Of a DNA stretch of 64,000 nucleotides, positions 7,474 through 16,345 are shown one piece after another. This DNA is from an uncultured Collinsella sp. (GTDB lineage: Bacteria; Actinomycetota; Coriobacteriia; Coriobacteriales; Coriobacteriaceae): positions 674-64,673 of the forward strand of contig CAAECF010000109.1 in assembly GCA_900754275.1 (NCBI GenBank), read 5' to 3'. The notes beneath the pieces are model-generated. The model was not told the origin of the DNA. It saw only the letters and a program-made list of their open reading frames with translations, and ran no database searches. Each line of letters begins with the position of its first letter. Positions within the stretch are counted from its first letter, which is position 1. The position numbers were made by a program, and so were the translations under genes.

Positions 7474-9783
7474 ATGGCATTGACCCCCAACGAGGCGTAT
7501 GCGGCCAAGCAGCCGTTTGTGAACAAGGAGACACTCGAGCATATCGTCGAGCAGTTCCCCACGCCGTTTCATCTATACGACGAGGCGGGCATCCGCCGCA
7601 ACATGCAAGAAGTGCGCGACGCCTTTGCATGGAACCCGGGCTTTAAGGAATACTTTGCCGTCAAGGCCAACCCCAACCCGGCGCTCATCTCCATTCTCAA
7701 CGAATACGGCTGCGGCTGCGATTGCTCGAGCTATACCGAGCTCATGATCGCCCGCTCGCTGGGCATCACGGGACACGACATCATGTTCTCTTCCAACGAC
7801 ACGCCGGCTGCCGACTTTGAGCTCGCCAACAAGCTGGGTGCCATCGTCAACTTTGACGACATCAGCCACATCGAGTTCTTTGAGCGTGTTGCGGGGCCCA
7901 TCCCCAAAACGGTCAGCTGCCGCTTTAATCCAGGCGGCCTGTTCCAACTCTCCAACGGCATCATGGACAACCCGGGCGACTCCAAATATGGCATGACCAC
8001 CGAGCAGCTCTTTGAGGCCTTCCGCATGCTCAAGGCCAAGGGCGCCGAGAATTTTGGCATCCATGCCTTCCTTGCCAGCAACACCGTCACTAACGACTAC
8101 TATCCCAAGCTCGCACGCATCCTCTTTAAACTTGCCGTGCGCCTGGAGCGCGAGACCGGCGCACATGTCGCCTTTATCAATCTGTCCGGCGGTGTGGGTA
8201 TCCCCTACCTGCCCGAGCAGCAGGCTAACGACATTCACGCCATCGGTGAGGGCGTACACGCAGCCTACGACGAGATTCTGGTCCCCGCCGGCATGGGCGA
8301 TGTGGCGATCTGCACCGAGATGGGTCGCTTTATGATGGGCCCCTACGGCTGCCTGGTCACCAAGGCCATCCACGAGAAGCAGATCTACAAGGACTATATC
8401 GGCGTGGACGCAAGCGCCGTCGATCTGATTCGTCCTGCCATGTATGGCGCCTACCACCACATTACGGTGATGGGCCAGCCGGGTGGCGACGACAAGACCA
8501 CAGCCCCCGTCACGAACACGTACGACATCACGGGCAATCTGTGCGAGAACAATGACAAGTTCGCCATCGACCGCGAGCTTCCGCATATCGACATGGGCGA
8601 CCTGCTCGTGATTCACGACACCGGCGCGCATGGCCACTCTATGGGCTACAACTACAACGGCCGCCTGCGCTCCGCCGAGGTCCTGCTGCGCCCCGATGGC
8701 TCGGCAGACCTCATTCGCCGCGCCGAGCGCCCGGGCGATTACTTTGCCACGCTCGACGTGCTGCCGTGCGGCCGCGAGCTGCTGGCCAAATCGCGCGCCG
8801 AAAGCGCCCGCCATCGCGCTCAGGACGAGCGCCTAGCAGTCGCCGCCCAATGGAACAAACGCGTCCAGATCGCGGAAGCGAAGGAGAAGAACATGGATAT
8901 CCGCAATCTCGAGGGCTCAATCGTCGCCCTTGTCACGCCGTTTAAAAAGGACGGCAGTGTCGACTTTGACGCGCTTGAGCGCCTTATCGATTTCCACCTG
9001 CAAAATGGCACTGACGCCATCCTCATCCTGGGCACCACCGGTGAGAGTGCCACGATGACCGATGACGAGGACAACTCCGTCGTCGCCGCTGTGGTCAAGC
9101 ATGTTGCAGGACGCGTCCCCGTTATTGCCGGCTCGGGCTCCAACTCCACGCAGACCATGCTCACCAAGTCGCTCACCTATCAGGGCCTGGGCGCCGACGG
9201 TCTGCTGCTCATCACCCCCTACTACAACAAGTCCAATGAAGAGGGTATCTATCAGCACTTTAAGACCGTCGCCGATGCCGTGGACATCCCCTGCATCCTG
9301 TACAACATCCCCGGCCGCTGTGGCTGCGGCATCAGCGAGCGCAACGTAGAACGCCTGGCCGCGCACCCCAACATCATGGGTATTAAGGAGGCCTCGGGCA
9401 ACGTCGCCTACGCGGCCAAGATCGCCCACCTGCTGTCAGACGACTTCCGCATGTACTCGGGCGAGGACGCGCTTACCGTACCGCTCATGAGCCTGGGCGC
9501 CTCGGGCACCATCAGCGTGTGGGCAGACGTGCAGCCGCAGCTCGTGCATGACATGTGCCGTGCCTATTTGGACGGTGACGTGGCGCGTGCCCGCGATATC
9601 CAAATTGCCGGCCAGCCGCTCATCAATGCCCTCTTTAGTGAGGTCAACCCCATCCCCGTCAAAGAGGCGCTCGCCCAGATGGGTATGATCGAGGCAAACT
9701 ACCGCATGCCGCTGTGCCCCATGGCAGACGACACGCGCTCTGCACTTACCGATGCTCTGAAGGGGGCTGGTCTGCTTGATTAA
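7474..9783 (+). CDS. lysA: single in-frame ORF of diaminopimelate decarboxylase (LysA, first about 450 aa) and 4-hydroxy-tetrahydrodipicolinate synthase (DapA, last 296 aa)
   Basis: N-terminus is an Orn/DAP/Arg decarboxylase fold (FAVKANPNP, GCGCDCSSYTEL, EVLLRPDGSADLIRR). No stop codon occurs before the DapA domain; the linker is about 45 aa. Confidence 0.75.
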   Translation: MALTPNEAYAAKQPFVNKETLEHIVEQFPTPFHLYDEAGIRRNMQEVRDAFAWNPGFKEYFAVKANPNPALISILNEYGCGCDCSSYTELMIARSLGITGHDIMFSSNDTPAADFELANKLGAIVNFDDISHIEFFERVAGPIPKTVSCRFNPGGLFQLSNGIMDNPGDSKYGMTTEQLFEAFRMLKAKGAENFGIHAFLASNTVTNDYYPKLARILFKLAVRLERETGAHVAFINLSGGVGIPYLPEQQANDIHAIGEGVHAAYDEILVPAGMGDVAICTEMGRFMMGPYGCLVTKAIHEKQIYKDYIGVDASAVDLIRPAMYGAYHHITVMGQPGGDDKTTAPVTNTYDITGNLCENNDKFAIDRELPHIDMGDLLVIHDTGAHGHSMGYNYNGRLRSAEVLLRPDGSADLIRRAERPGDYFATLDVLPCGRELLAKSRAESARHRAQDERLAVAAQWNKRVQIAEAKEKNMDIRNLEGSIVALVTPFKKDGSVDFDALERLIDFHLQNGTDAILILGTTGESATMTDDEDNSVVAAVVKHVAGRVPVIAGSGSNSTQTMLTKSLTYQGLGADGLLLITPYYNKSNEEGIYQHFKTVADAVDIPCILYNIPGRCGCGISERNVERLAAHPNIMGIKEASGNVAYAAKIAHLLSDDFRMYSGEDALTVPLMSLGASGTISVWADVQPQLVHDMCRAYLDGDVARARDIQIAGQPLINALFSEVNPIPVKEALAQMGMIEANYRMPLCPMADDTRSALTDALKGAGLLD
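8893..9783 (+). CDS. dapA: 4-hydroxy-tetrahydrodipicolinate synthase (DapA) reading frame with its own internal RBS and start
   Basis: MDIRNLEGSIVALVTPF start preceded by GAAGGAGAAG (6-nt spacer). Class I aldolase DapA motifs (TTGES, active-site Lys region GIKEASGN). Confidence 0.8.
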   Translation: MDIRNLEGSIVALVTPFKKDGSVDFDALERLIDFHLQNGTDAILILGTTGESATMTDDEDNSVVAAVVKHVAGRVPVIAGSGSNSTQTMLTKSLTYQGLGADGLLLITPYYNKSNEEGIYQHFKTVADAVDIPCILYNIPGRCGCGISERNVERLAAHPNIMGIKEASGNVAYAAKIAHLLSDDFRMYSGEDALTVPLMSLGASGTISVWADVQPQLVHDMCRAYLDGDVARARDIQIAGQPLINALFSEVNPIPVKEALAQMGMIEANYRMPLCPMADDTRSALTDALKGAGLLD

Positions 9784-10516
9784 GACCGTCATTATGGGAA
9801 CGGGCCGCATGGGCTCGCTCATCCGCACCACCGCCGAGGGCGTTGTCGACGCCGCCGGTCAACCCGTTTTTGATATCGTGGCCCAGATTGGCTTCGATTT
9901 GAGCAAGCTCGAGAACGCACCGGCTGCCGATGTGATTATCGACTTCTCGAACGTCGTGACCTTCGATGCCGTCGTCGCCTATGTCGAGCGCACGGGCGCG
10001 GCGTTGGTCTCGGGCACCACAGGCTACACCCCCGAGCAGATGGACCGTCTGCGCGAGCTGGGCCAGAACACCCGCGTTATGCACTCGGGCAATTACTCCA
10101 TCGGCATCGCAGCCCTGCGTCATCTAGTGGCCCAGGCCACGCGCGAGTTGCCCGGCTTTGACTGCGAAATCGTCGAGACGCACCATAACCAAAAGGTCGA
10201 CGCCCCCAGCGGTACCGCCAAGCTGCTGCTCGACGCCGTAGTCGAGGCCGAGCCCGAGACAGGCTACCACCCCGTCTACGGACGCGAGGGCATGTGCGGC
10301 GCGCGCGATCCCAAGGAGATCGGCATGCACTCGCTGCGCGGTGGCACTGTCGCCGGCGTCCACGAAGTGAGTTTCTTTGGCCAGGACGAGGAGGTCACGC
10401 TCACCCACCGCGCCACGAGCCGTCAGATCTTTGTCAACGGCGCCCTGGCAGCCGCGCAGAAGCTCGTCGCCCGCGAACCCGGCTTCTACACCTTCGACCA
10501 GGTCATGTTTGCCTAA
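9776..10516 (+). CDS. dapB: 4-hydroxy-tetrahydrodipicolinate reductase
   Basis: GTGRMG NAD(P)-binding motif and ETHHNQKVDAPSGTA signature. Overlaps the dapA stop by 8 nt (translational coupling). Confidence 0.9.
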   Translation: MIKTVIMGTGRMGSLIRTTAEGVVDAAGQPVFDIVAQIGFDLSKLENAPAADVIIDFSNVVTFDAVVAYVERTGAALVSGTTGYTPEQMDRLRELGQNTRVMHSGNYSIGIAALRHLVAQATRELPGFDCEIVETHHNQKVDAPSGTAKLLLDAVVEAEPETGYHPVYGREGMCGARDPKEIGMHSLRGGTVAGVHEVSFFGQDEEVTLTHRATSRQIFVNGALAAAQKLVAREPGFYTFDQVMFA

Positions 10517-10555
10517 CCAGGTATCAACCGAATCCACCCAAAGGAGAGATGGTAA

Positions 10556-11275
10556 ATGAGTAACGCAGCCGAGATGGATGCACAAGAGATTATCAACTAC
10601 ATCGCCACCGCGCCCAAAAAGACGCCCGTCAAGCTGTACGTGCGCGAGAAGCCCGGCATGAAGGTTGCCTGGGGCGACGCACATGTCTACGGCGGCCGTC
10701 GCGGCAAGACCGTCTTTGGCGACTGGGATGAGCTCAAGGCCATCCTCGATGCCAATGCCGACTCCATCGACTACTACGATGTCGAGAATGACTGCCGCAA
10801 CTCTGCCGTGCCCATGCTCGACCTTAAGGGCATCAACGCCCGCATCGAGCCGGGCGCGATCATCCGTGACCGCGTCGAGATCGGCGACCGTGCCGTCATC
10901 ATGATGGGCGCCATCATCAACATCGGCTCCGTTATCGGCGAGGGTTCCATGATCGATATGGGCGCCGTGCTGGGCGGTCGCGCCACCGTGGGCAAGAACT
11001 GCCACATCGGCGCCGGCACCGTGCTGGCAGGCGTTGTGGAGCCCGCCAGCGCCACGCCCGTCATCATCGAGGACGATGTCATGATCGGCGCAAACGCCGT
11101 GGTCCTGGAAGGCGTGCACGTGGGCAAGGGTGCTGTAGTTGCCGCCGGCGCCGTGTGCGTCGAGGACGTCCCCGCCGGCGCCGTCGTGGCCGGTGTCCCC
11201 GCCCGCGCCATCAAGATGCGCGACGAGAAGACCGACAGCAAGACCGGCCTGGAAGAGGGCCTGCGCCAGCTTTAA
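10556..11275 (+). CDS. dapH: 2,3,4,5-tetrahydropyridine-2,6-dicarboxylate N-acetyltransferase (DapH-type, hexapeptide-repeat)
   Basis: 239 aa. N-terminal DapH-specific domain followed by left-handed beta-helix hexapeptide repeats ([33 protein letters not shown]). RBS AAAGGAGAGATGG upstream. Confidence 0.8.
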   Translation: MSNAAEMDAQEIINYIATAPKKTPVKLYVREKPGMKVAWGDAHVYGGRRGKTVFGDWDELKAILDANADSIDYYDVENDCRNSAVPMLDLKGINARIEPGAIIRDRVEIGDRAVIMMGAIINIGSVIGEGSMIDMGAVLGGRATVGKNCHIGAGTVLAGVVEPASATPVIIEDDVMIGANAVVLEGVHVGKGAVVAAGAVCVEDVPAGAVVAGVPARAIKMRDEKTDSKTGLEEGLRQL

Positions 11276-11278
11276 TAG

Positions 11279-11306
11279 TTACGGCGTTTTACCAAACGCC
11301 GTAACG
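11279..11306. other. perfect 12-bp stem hairpin (GTTACGGCGTTT/AAACGCCGTAAC) immediately after dapH; no U-tract
   Basis: Seen directly in the sequence. Confidence 0.5.
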
Positions 11307-11459
11307 GCCCGACGCTGCAAACGCCCCTAAGCGGCAATCTGACGTTCAATCGTCGGTCGCGTACCGAAGTACGCTTCCCTCCTCTTTCACGTCACCTTGC
11401 TCGCTTAGGGGCGTTTTCGCTGACGTATGCTCGACCTGCAACGTAATTCAGCCCCAAGT

Positions 11460-11503
11460 AAAAAGGCCGAAGCCCTCATCCGGGGCTTCGGCCTTTATTT
11501 TTG
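11460..11503. terminator. bidirectional rho-independent terminator between convergent dapH and ndpA-like genes
   Basis: AAAAA-GGCCGAAGCCC-tcatcc-GGGGCTTCGGCC-TTTATTTTT. Confidence 0.8.
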
Positions 11504-11520
11504 CAGCGTCCAAGCGCAGT

Positions 11521-12534
11521 TTATCGATTCTCAATTGACCCGATATTCTTGAGCTCGATGGAGATGAGGCCGTTGGGCTCATTGACGAACTCGATGTACT
11601 CGGAGTTCGAACCCATCTCGGCCGGGAAGCTGATCTCGATGCCCGTGTCGGTACGGATCTTGTGATTGCGCACGGCCGCGCGCTCAACTTGCTTGCGCTC
11701 CACGGGAACGCGCTCAGGCACCTTCTCCTCAGTCAGTGCCGCGCGCACGCTCTCCTTGATAACTGGTTCGTCCTCAAAGACCTCATCGACGATATCCCAA
11801 GGCGGCAGCTCCTCGTCATCCTCGACTTTCTCGGCAACGGCAGCCTTAACCTTGGCGAGCGCCACGGCCGTGTTGGCACCGTGCTCCTCGGCGACTTCCT
11901 CGACCACACGCGTCACGGTGTCGATGACCTCCTTGCCCGATACCCCCGTGTCGCACTGCAGCAGGCCATCGGGAATGAGCATGCGATCCTCGCCGGCAAT
12001 CTTGCGCTTCTTATCCACATAGCCGATCTCCATGGTGCTTGCACGCACGATTGCATAGCTCGGCACCTTTTGCGAGGGGTTCGGCAGAATGGCGTAGTGG
12101 CGCGCGATGTCGTTGCGCACCTCCCCCTCTTCGCGGCCCACTTCGTGCATAAAAGCCTGCTTGGAGCCCAGCAGCATCACGGCAAACCAGCGGGCATCCT
12201 CATCGTCGTCAAAATCAGCCACGAGCACGTCGGTGGACTCGGCTTTCTCGGCTTTGGTGAGCTCGGAGGAGATAAACTCCGCAATCTGCTGCGACAGGTC
12301 CACGAACTCGCGCTCGCCAAAGAAATAGCCCTTGAGCTCACCACCAAACGCAGAGTTCTCGGCAAACGTGGCGCGTTTGTTGTCGGCCGAGGTACGAGCG
12401 CGCCGCAGGTGCGTGGTTACGAAATTACGCACGGTGCGGCTCTCGATATCCAACTCGCGCTGGCTCATAACGTTGACGGCAGAGTCAAAGTCCAGGATAT
12501 GCAGAATCGCGTGATTGATTTTCATATACGGCAT
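11521..12534 (-). CDS. nucleoid-associated protein, NdpA/YejK (NA37) family-like
   Basis: 337 aa. The N-terminus (MKINHAILHILDFDS) and overall spacing of conserved blocks resemble YejK; acidic central region. Confidence 0.5.
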   Translation of the reverse strand: MPYMKINHAILHILDFDSAVNVMSQRELDIESRTVRNFVTTHLRRARTSADNKRATFAENSAFGGELKGYFFGEREFVDLSQQIAEFISSELTKAEKAESTDVLVADFDDDEDARWFAVMLLGSKQAFMHEVGREEGEVRNDIARHYAILPNPSQKVPSYAIVRASTMEIGYVDKKRKIAGEDRMLIPDGLLQCDTGVSGKEVIDTVTRVVEEVAEEHGANTAVALAKVKAAVAEKVEDDEELPPWDIVDEVFEDEPVIKESVRAALTEEKVPERVPVERKQVERAAVRNHKIRTDTGIEISFPAEMGSNSEYIEFVNEPNGLISIELKNIGSIENR

Positions 12535-12636
12535 TCCGTTCTAGATCGATTTCGGCACGAACCAGTATAGCGGTCGAGCCCGCCCCAGGCGCATCGAAGA
12601 TTGGCGCATCGGGGACAGGTTGCTTTGTATCAATGG

Positions 12637-13797
12637 CTAGCGCAGGAGCTCGGACTGCCAAGCCTCGAGCTGTTCTGCCAAACTCTTGCCGGCAGCGGGC
12701 ACGTCGATCTGGGGTCGTTTGGGCAACAGTGCGCATTTAAGGATCGCCACGATGGTCTGCGAGATAAAGCGTCGCGTATCTTTGTCAAAGCCTTGCGCAG
12801 CCTGGAGCATCACGGGCAGACTCTCACGCAGATTTCCTGCGATATCCGCAAACCGTTCGGCGTCCGTAGCCTCAAACACGGAGAACAACGCATCTACAAA
12901 ACGCTCGCGCTCGCTAGGTGACACTGCAAGCAGCATCTCGCGAATGGAGCCATCAACGTATCGAGCACCGGCGGACAGGCGCTCACAGTATACGAAGTCG
13001 CAACCATCAACCACCCAGCTAAAGGGATTGTGCTGCAGCAGGCTGAACTCGGTGCTCTCAACGATGGCATAGTCCTCTTGTGTCTCGAACATCATGCCGA
13101 AGATCGACGACCGAGGTAGCGTCTTGTCGATTCGACCGGAAAGATCGGCAAAGGCGTTGCCGTTCAGAAACTCCTCGACGAACCCTGGACCATCATGGGA
13201 ATACGCCCGTTCGATTCGCTCACGGGCGACATCGGAGCACATCGCCGCACCGTACACCGCAAGGTTTCCGCCCTTGGAATGACCTCCGCACAAAAGCGGC
13301 CCGTCGATCGCATCCGCCGCCTCGTCCACATAACGCGCCGCGGATTCCTGGGCCGGCACAGGACACCGGAACGCCATGTTAAAGTCCTCTTTCCAGCCCA
13401 CAATCGTGCTGTCGGTCCCCCGGAAGGAAAGATAGCTAAACCCCGCCGGAAACCGGAACGCCATGGCTGCAAACTGCTCCGTCGCCACCACATCGCTCAC
13501 GGCACGATAGCCGCAAACGTGCACGCCGCGGTATCTGGGATTTGCTGCCACGGCCTCCAACAAGGCCCTGCTTCCCTCTGGGTCCCACAAGTCGTCAATC
13601 ATGTCCCGGTAGCACTCGGCACGCAGCAGTTCGCGTACGTCTAGGCCCTGCCAGTTCGTCAGCCCCGCCATATCACCCGGCAAGCGCAAATAGGACAACC
13701 ACGCAAAGACCAGGCTATCCACCGCGCAGAACGGCCGCTCCTCAAAGGGATCAAACGCCGTCTGGACATAGGTCAAAAAATTAGGCGAATCCGACAT
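12637..13797 (-). CDS. Mbeg1-like/DUF2974 alpha-beta hydrolase (lipase class-3-like)
   Basis: GHSKGG nucleophile elbow with downstream Asp/His candidates; 386 aa. Confidence 0.6.
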   Translation of the reverse strand: MSDSPNFLTYVQTAFDPFEERPFCAVDSLVFAWLSYLRLPGDMAGLTNWQGLDVRELLRAECYRDMIDDLWDPEGSRALLEAVAANPRYRGVHVCGYRAVSDVVATEQFAAMAFRFPAGFSYLSFRGTDSTIVGWKEDFNMAFRCPVPAQESAARYVDEAADAIDGPLLCGGHSKGGNLAVYGAAMCSDVARERIERAYSHDGPGFVEEFLNGNAFADLSGRIDKTLPRSSIFGMMFETQEDYAIVESTEFSLLQHNPFSWVVDGCDFVYCERLSAGARYVDGSIREMLLAVSPSERERFVDALFSVFEATDAERFADIAGNLRESLPVMLQAAQGFDKDTRRFISQTIVAILKCALLPKRPQIDVPAAGKSLAEQLEAWQSELLR

Positions 13798-13911
13798 GGC
13801 CCTCCCATCAACTATGGTGCATTGGAGTCAGGTTACTTTGCACCAAAAAGGCGCCCGGGCCGTGTGGACCCGGACGCCTTCATTGTAGCTTTTCGCTCTA
13901 GCGAGCTTGAT

Positions 13912-14862
13912 TTAGCAGGAGAAGTCGACGCTGTCGATGATGTCCTTGAGGGCCTTGGCGGAGACGGTGAGCTCATGCTGCTCGTCGTCGTTCAGCGGCA
14001 CGGGGACGCGGCAGACGACGCCGTCGCGGCCAACGACCGTCGGCATGGAGATGGCCAGATCGGACAGGCCATACTCGCCCACCATGAGCGAGGAAACGGG
14101 CAGAACGGTCTGCTCATCACGCATAACAGCGGTGCAGATGCGCTTAACGGCCATGGCGACGCCGTAGTAGGTGGCGTGCTTCTTCTCGATGATGGTGTAG
14201 GCGGAGTTCTTAACGTCCTCGGCGATGCGCTTCTCGGCAGCCTCATGCTCCAGGTGGCCGTGAAGCTCGCAGAAGGTGTTCAGCGGCACGCCGGCAACCT
14301 GGGCGCTGGACCAAGCGACAAACTCGGAGTCGCCGTGCTCACCCATGACATAGGCCTGAACGTCGCGCGGGTCAACCTCGACGTGGGCACCAAGCATCTG
14401 CTGCAGACGGCCAGTGTCGAGCACGGTGCCGGAGCCGATGACGTGGCCCTCGGGCAGGCCGGACATCTTGATGGCGGCGTAGGTCAGAACATCGACCGGG
14501 TTGGAGACGATGAGCAGAATGCCATCGAAGCCGGACTTCTTAATCTCGGGGATAATGGACTTAAAGATGCTGACGTTCTTGTTGACCAGGTCCAGGCGGG
14601 TCTCACCGGGCTTCTGGGCAGCGCCAGCGGTGACGACGATCATGGCGGCGTCGGCGACATCGGAATAATCGCCGGCGTAGATCTTCATCGGCTCGGCAAA
14701 CGTCATGCCGTGCGCGATATCCAGGGCCTCACCCTCGGCGCGGTTCTTGTCCACGTCGATGAGGACCATCTCGGAGAACAGACCGCTCTGCATCAGCGCG
14801 AACGCCGAAGACGAACCGACGAAACCGCAGCCGACAATAGCGACCTTCTTCTCGTTAACCAT
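13912..14862 (-). CDS. ldh: L-lactate dehydrogenase
   Basis: VAIVGCGFVGSS Rossmann motif, LIDVDKNRAEGEALDIAHG, substrate-binding Arg and His regions. ATG at 14862 with a GGGAG RBS. The track ORF extends upstream to 14940, probably spuriously. Confidence 0.9.
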   Translation of the reverse strand: MVNEKKVAIVGCGFVGSSSAFALMQSGLFSEMVLIDVDKNRAEGEALDIAHGMTFAEPMKIYAGDYSDVADAAMIVVTAGAAQKPGETRLDLVNKNVSIFKSIIPEIKKSGFDGILLIVSNPVDVLTYAAIKMSGLPEGHVIGSGTVLDTGRLQQMLGAHVEVDPRDVQAYVMGEHGDSEFVAWSSAQVAGVPLNTFCELHGHLEHEAAEKRIAEDVKNSAYTIIEKKHATYYGVAMAVKRICTAVMRDEQTVLPVSSLMVGEYGLSDLAISMPTVVGRDGVVCRVPVPLNDDEQHELTVSAKALKDIIDSVDFSC

Positions 14863-15063
14863 TAGAAACTCCCATCTCACTCCACAAACAAGCCGCCCGG
14901 GAACGACCCGAGCGGCTTGTCGTAATCCCAATACATCCAATCGGGACTTTGATTATGCTCCTATTCGCAGCCAAAAATCGACCGTTTACCGAAATTGTTT
15001 GCAGAATTCGTAAAATAACTGCACGAAATCGGTTTCGATATATTGACGAGCCAAAATAGCTTT

Positions 15064-16227
15064 CTAATACAGGCCCGCCTCGCGAATGGCCTCGACAGCC
15101 AAAGCGATCTGGTCGGGCGGCAAGACCAGCGCCATGCGCACGTGCCCCTCGCCCGAAGGACCAAAGCTCGCGCCCGGCGTCACCACAACGCCGGCCTTCT
15201 CCATAAGCTCCTCGCAAAACGCCATGGAATCGGTGCGGCCACCGGGAAGCTTGGCCCACACAAACATAGAGCCATGCGCGTTGGGGCGCTCCCAGCCCAA
15301 GCCCTCAAGACCGTCGCACAGGGCATCGCGGCGCTCCTGGTACTTCAGACGCTGCGCCTCGACCTCATCGCGCGGACCGTTCAGGCAGGCGATGGCGGCC
15401 TTCTGGATCGGGAAGAACATGCCAAAGTCGATCTGGCCGCGCAGCTTGGCAAAGGCCGAGACCACGTCCTCTCGGCCGACCAAAAAGCCGATGCGGGCAC
15501 CGGTGACGTTAAACGACTTGGAGAGCGAGAAGAACTCAACGCCCACCTCGAGCGCGCCGGGGTACTGCAAGAAGCTGCCGCCCGGCTCGCCGTTGAACAC
15601 GATGTCGGAGTATGCGTTGTCGTGAACGATCAGCAGGTCGTGCTCGCGGGCAAAAGCGATGATCTCCTCGTAGATCTCGGGCGTGCCCACCGAGCCCACC
15701 GGGTTGGCGGGCAGCGACACGATCATGTACTTGGCACGATCGGCCACCTCGGGATCGATGCCCGCCACATAGGGCAGGTAATTGTGCTCCGCCACCAGCG
15801 GATAATACTCGAGTTTGGCGTCGGCGATCTTGGCCCCCGCCTCAAAAACCGGGTAGCACGGATCGGGAACCAAAATGGTGTCACCCGGATCGAGCAGGGC
15901 CAGGCCCAAATGGCCCACGCCCTCCTGCGTGCCGTTGCACGACTGCACCATGGACGGCGTAATGCCCGAAACGCCAAAGCGACGCTCATAGTAATCGCAC
16001 ACAGCTTGCTTGAGTTCGGGCAGGTCGCGCAGGGCATACTTCCACATCTCGGGATCTTGGGCTGCCTGCGTGAGCGCCTCGACCACGTGGTCGTACGGCT
16101 TAAAGTCGGGCGTGCCCACGCTCATGTTGTAAATGGTCTTGCCCTGAGCCTTCAGCGCAAGCAGTTTGTTGTTGAGCGAGGCGAAGACCTCCGCGCTAAA
16201 GCGGTCGAGACGCTGCGATGCCTGCAT
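15064..16227 (-). CDS. class I/II pyridoxal-phosphate aminotransferase (aspartate/LL-DAP or N-acetyl-DAP aminotransferase-like)
   Basis: SLSKSFNVTGARIGF PLP-lysine motif, about 387 aa. AAAGGTGG RBS before the Met at 16227. Confidence 0.8.
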   Translation of the reverse strand: MQASQRLDRFSAEVFASLNNKLLALKAQGKTIYNMSVGTPDFKPYDHVVEALTQAAQDPEMWKYALRDLPELKQAVCDYYERRFGVSGITPSMVQSCNGTQEGVGHLGLALLDPGDTILVPDPCYPVFEAGAKIADAKLEYYPLVAEHNYLPYVAGIDPEVADRAKYMIVSLPANPVGSVGTPEIYEEIIAFAREHDLLIVHDNAYSDIVFNGEPGGSFLQYPGALEVGVEFFSLSKSFNVTGARIGFLVGREDVVSAFAKLRGQIDFGMFFPIQKAAIACLNGPRDEVEAQRLKYQERRDALCDGLEGLGWERPNAHGSMFVWAKLPGGRTDSMAFCEELMEKAGVVVTPGASFGPSGEGHVRMALVLPPDQIALAVEAIREAGLY

Positions 16228-16345
16228 GGTGCCACCTTTCGATATGAAAAACGCGGCGCTCCGACAAGAGCGCCGCGCGATACGGGCCATCAGATTGCAA
16301 AAGTGTAACGCTTGCAACCCCCGTATTGGTTCAATTTAGCCAACC

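Noticed and set aside
7573-8814. 413-aa minus-strand ORF inside lysA
   Set aside because: Antisense of a clearly identifiable decarboxylase. Typical high-GC shadow ORF.
10124-11119. 331-aa minus ORF over dapB/dapH
   Set aside because: Antisense shadow (G/D/A/V-rich). dapB and dapH are unambiguous.
13822-14865. 347-aa plus ORF opposite ldh
   Set aside because: ldh on the minus strand has a canonical Rossmann N-terminus. The plus ORF is G/D/L/V low-complexity.
15043-16308. 421-aa plus ORF opposite the aminotransferase
   Set aside because: Shadow ORF. The aminotransferase has the PLP-lysine motif.
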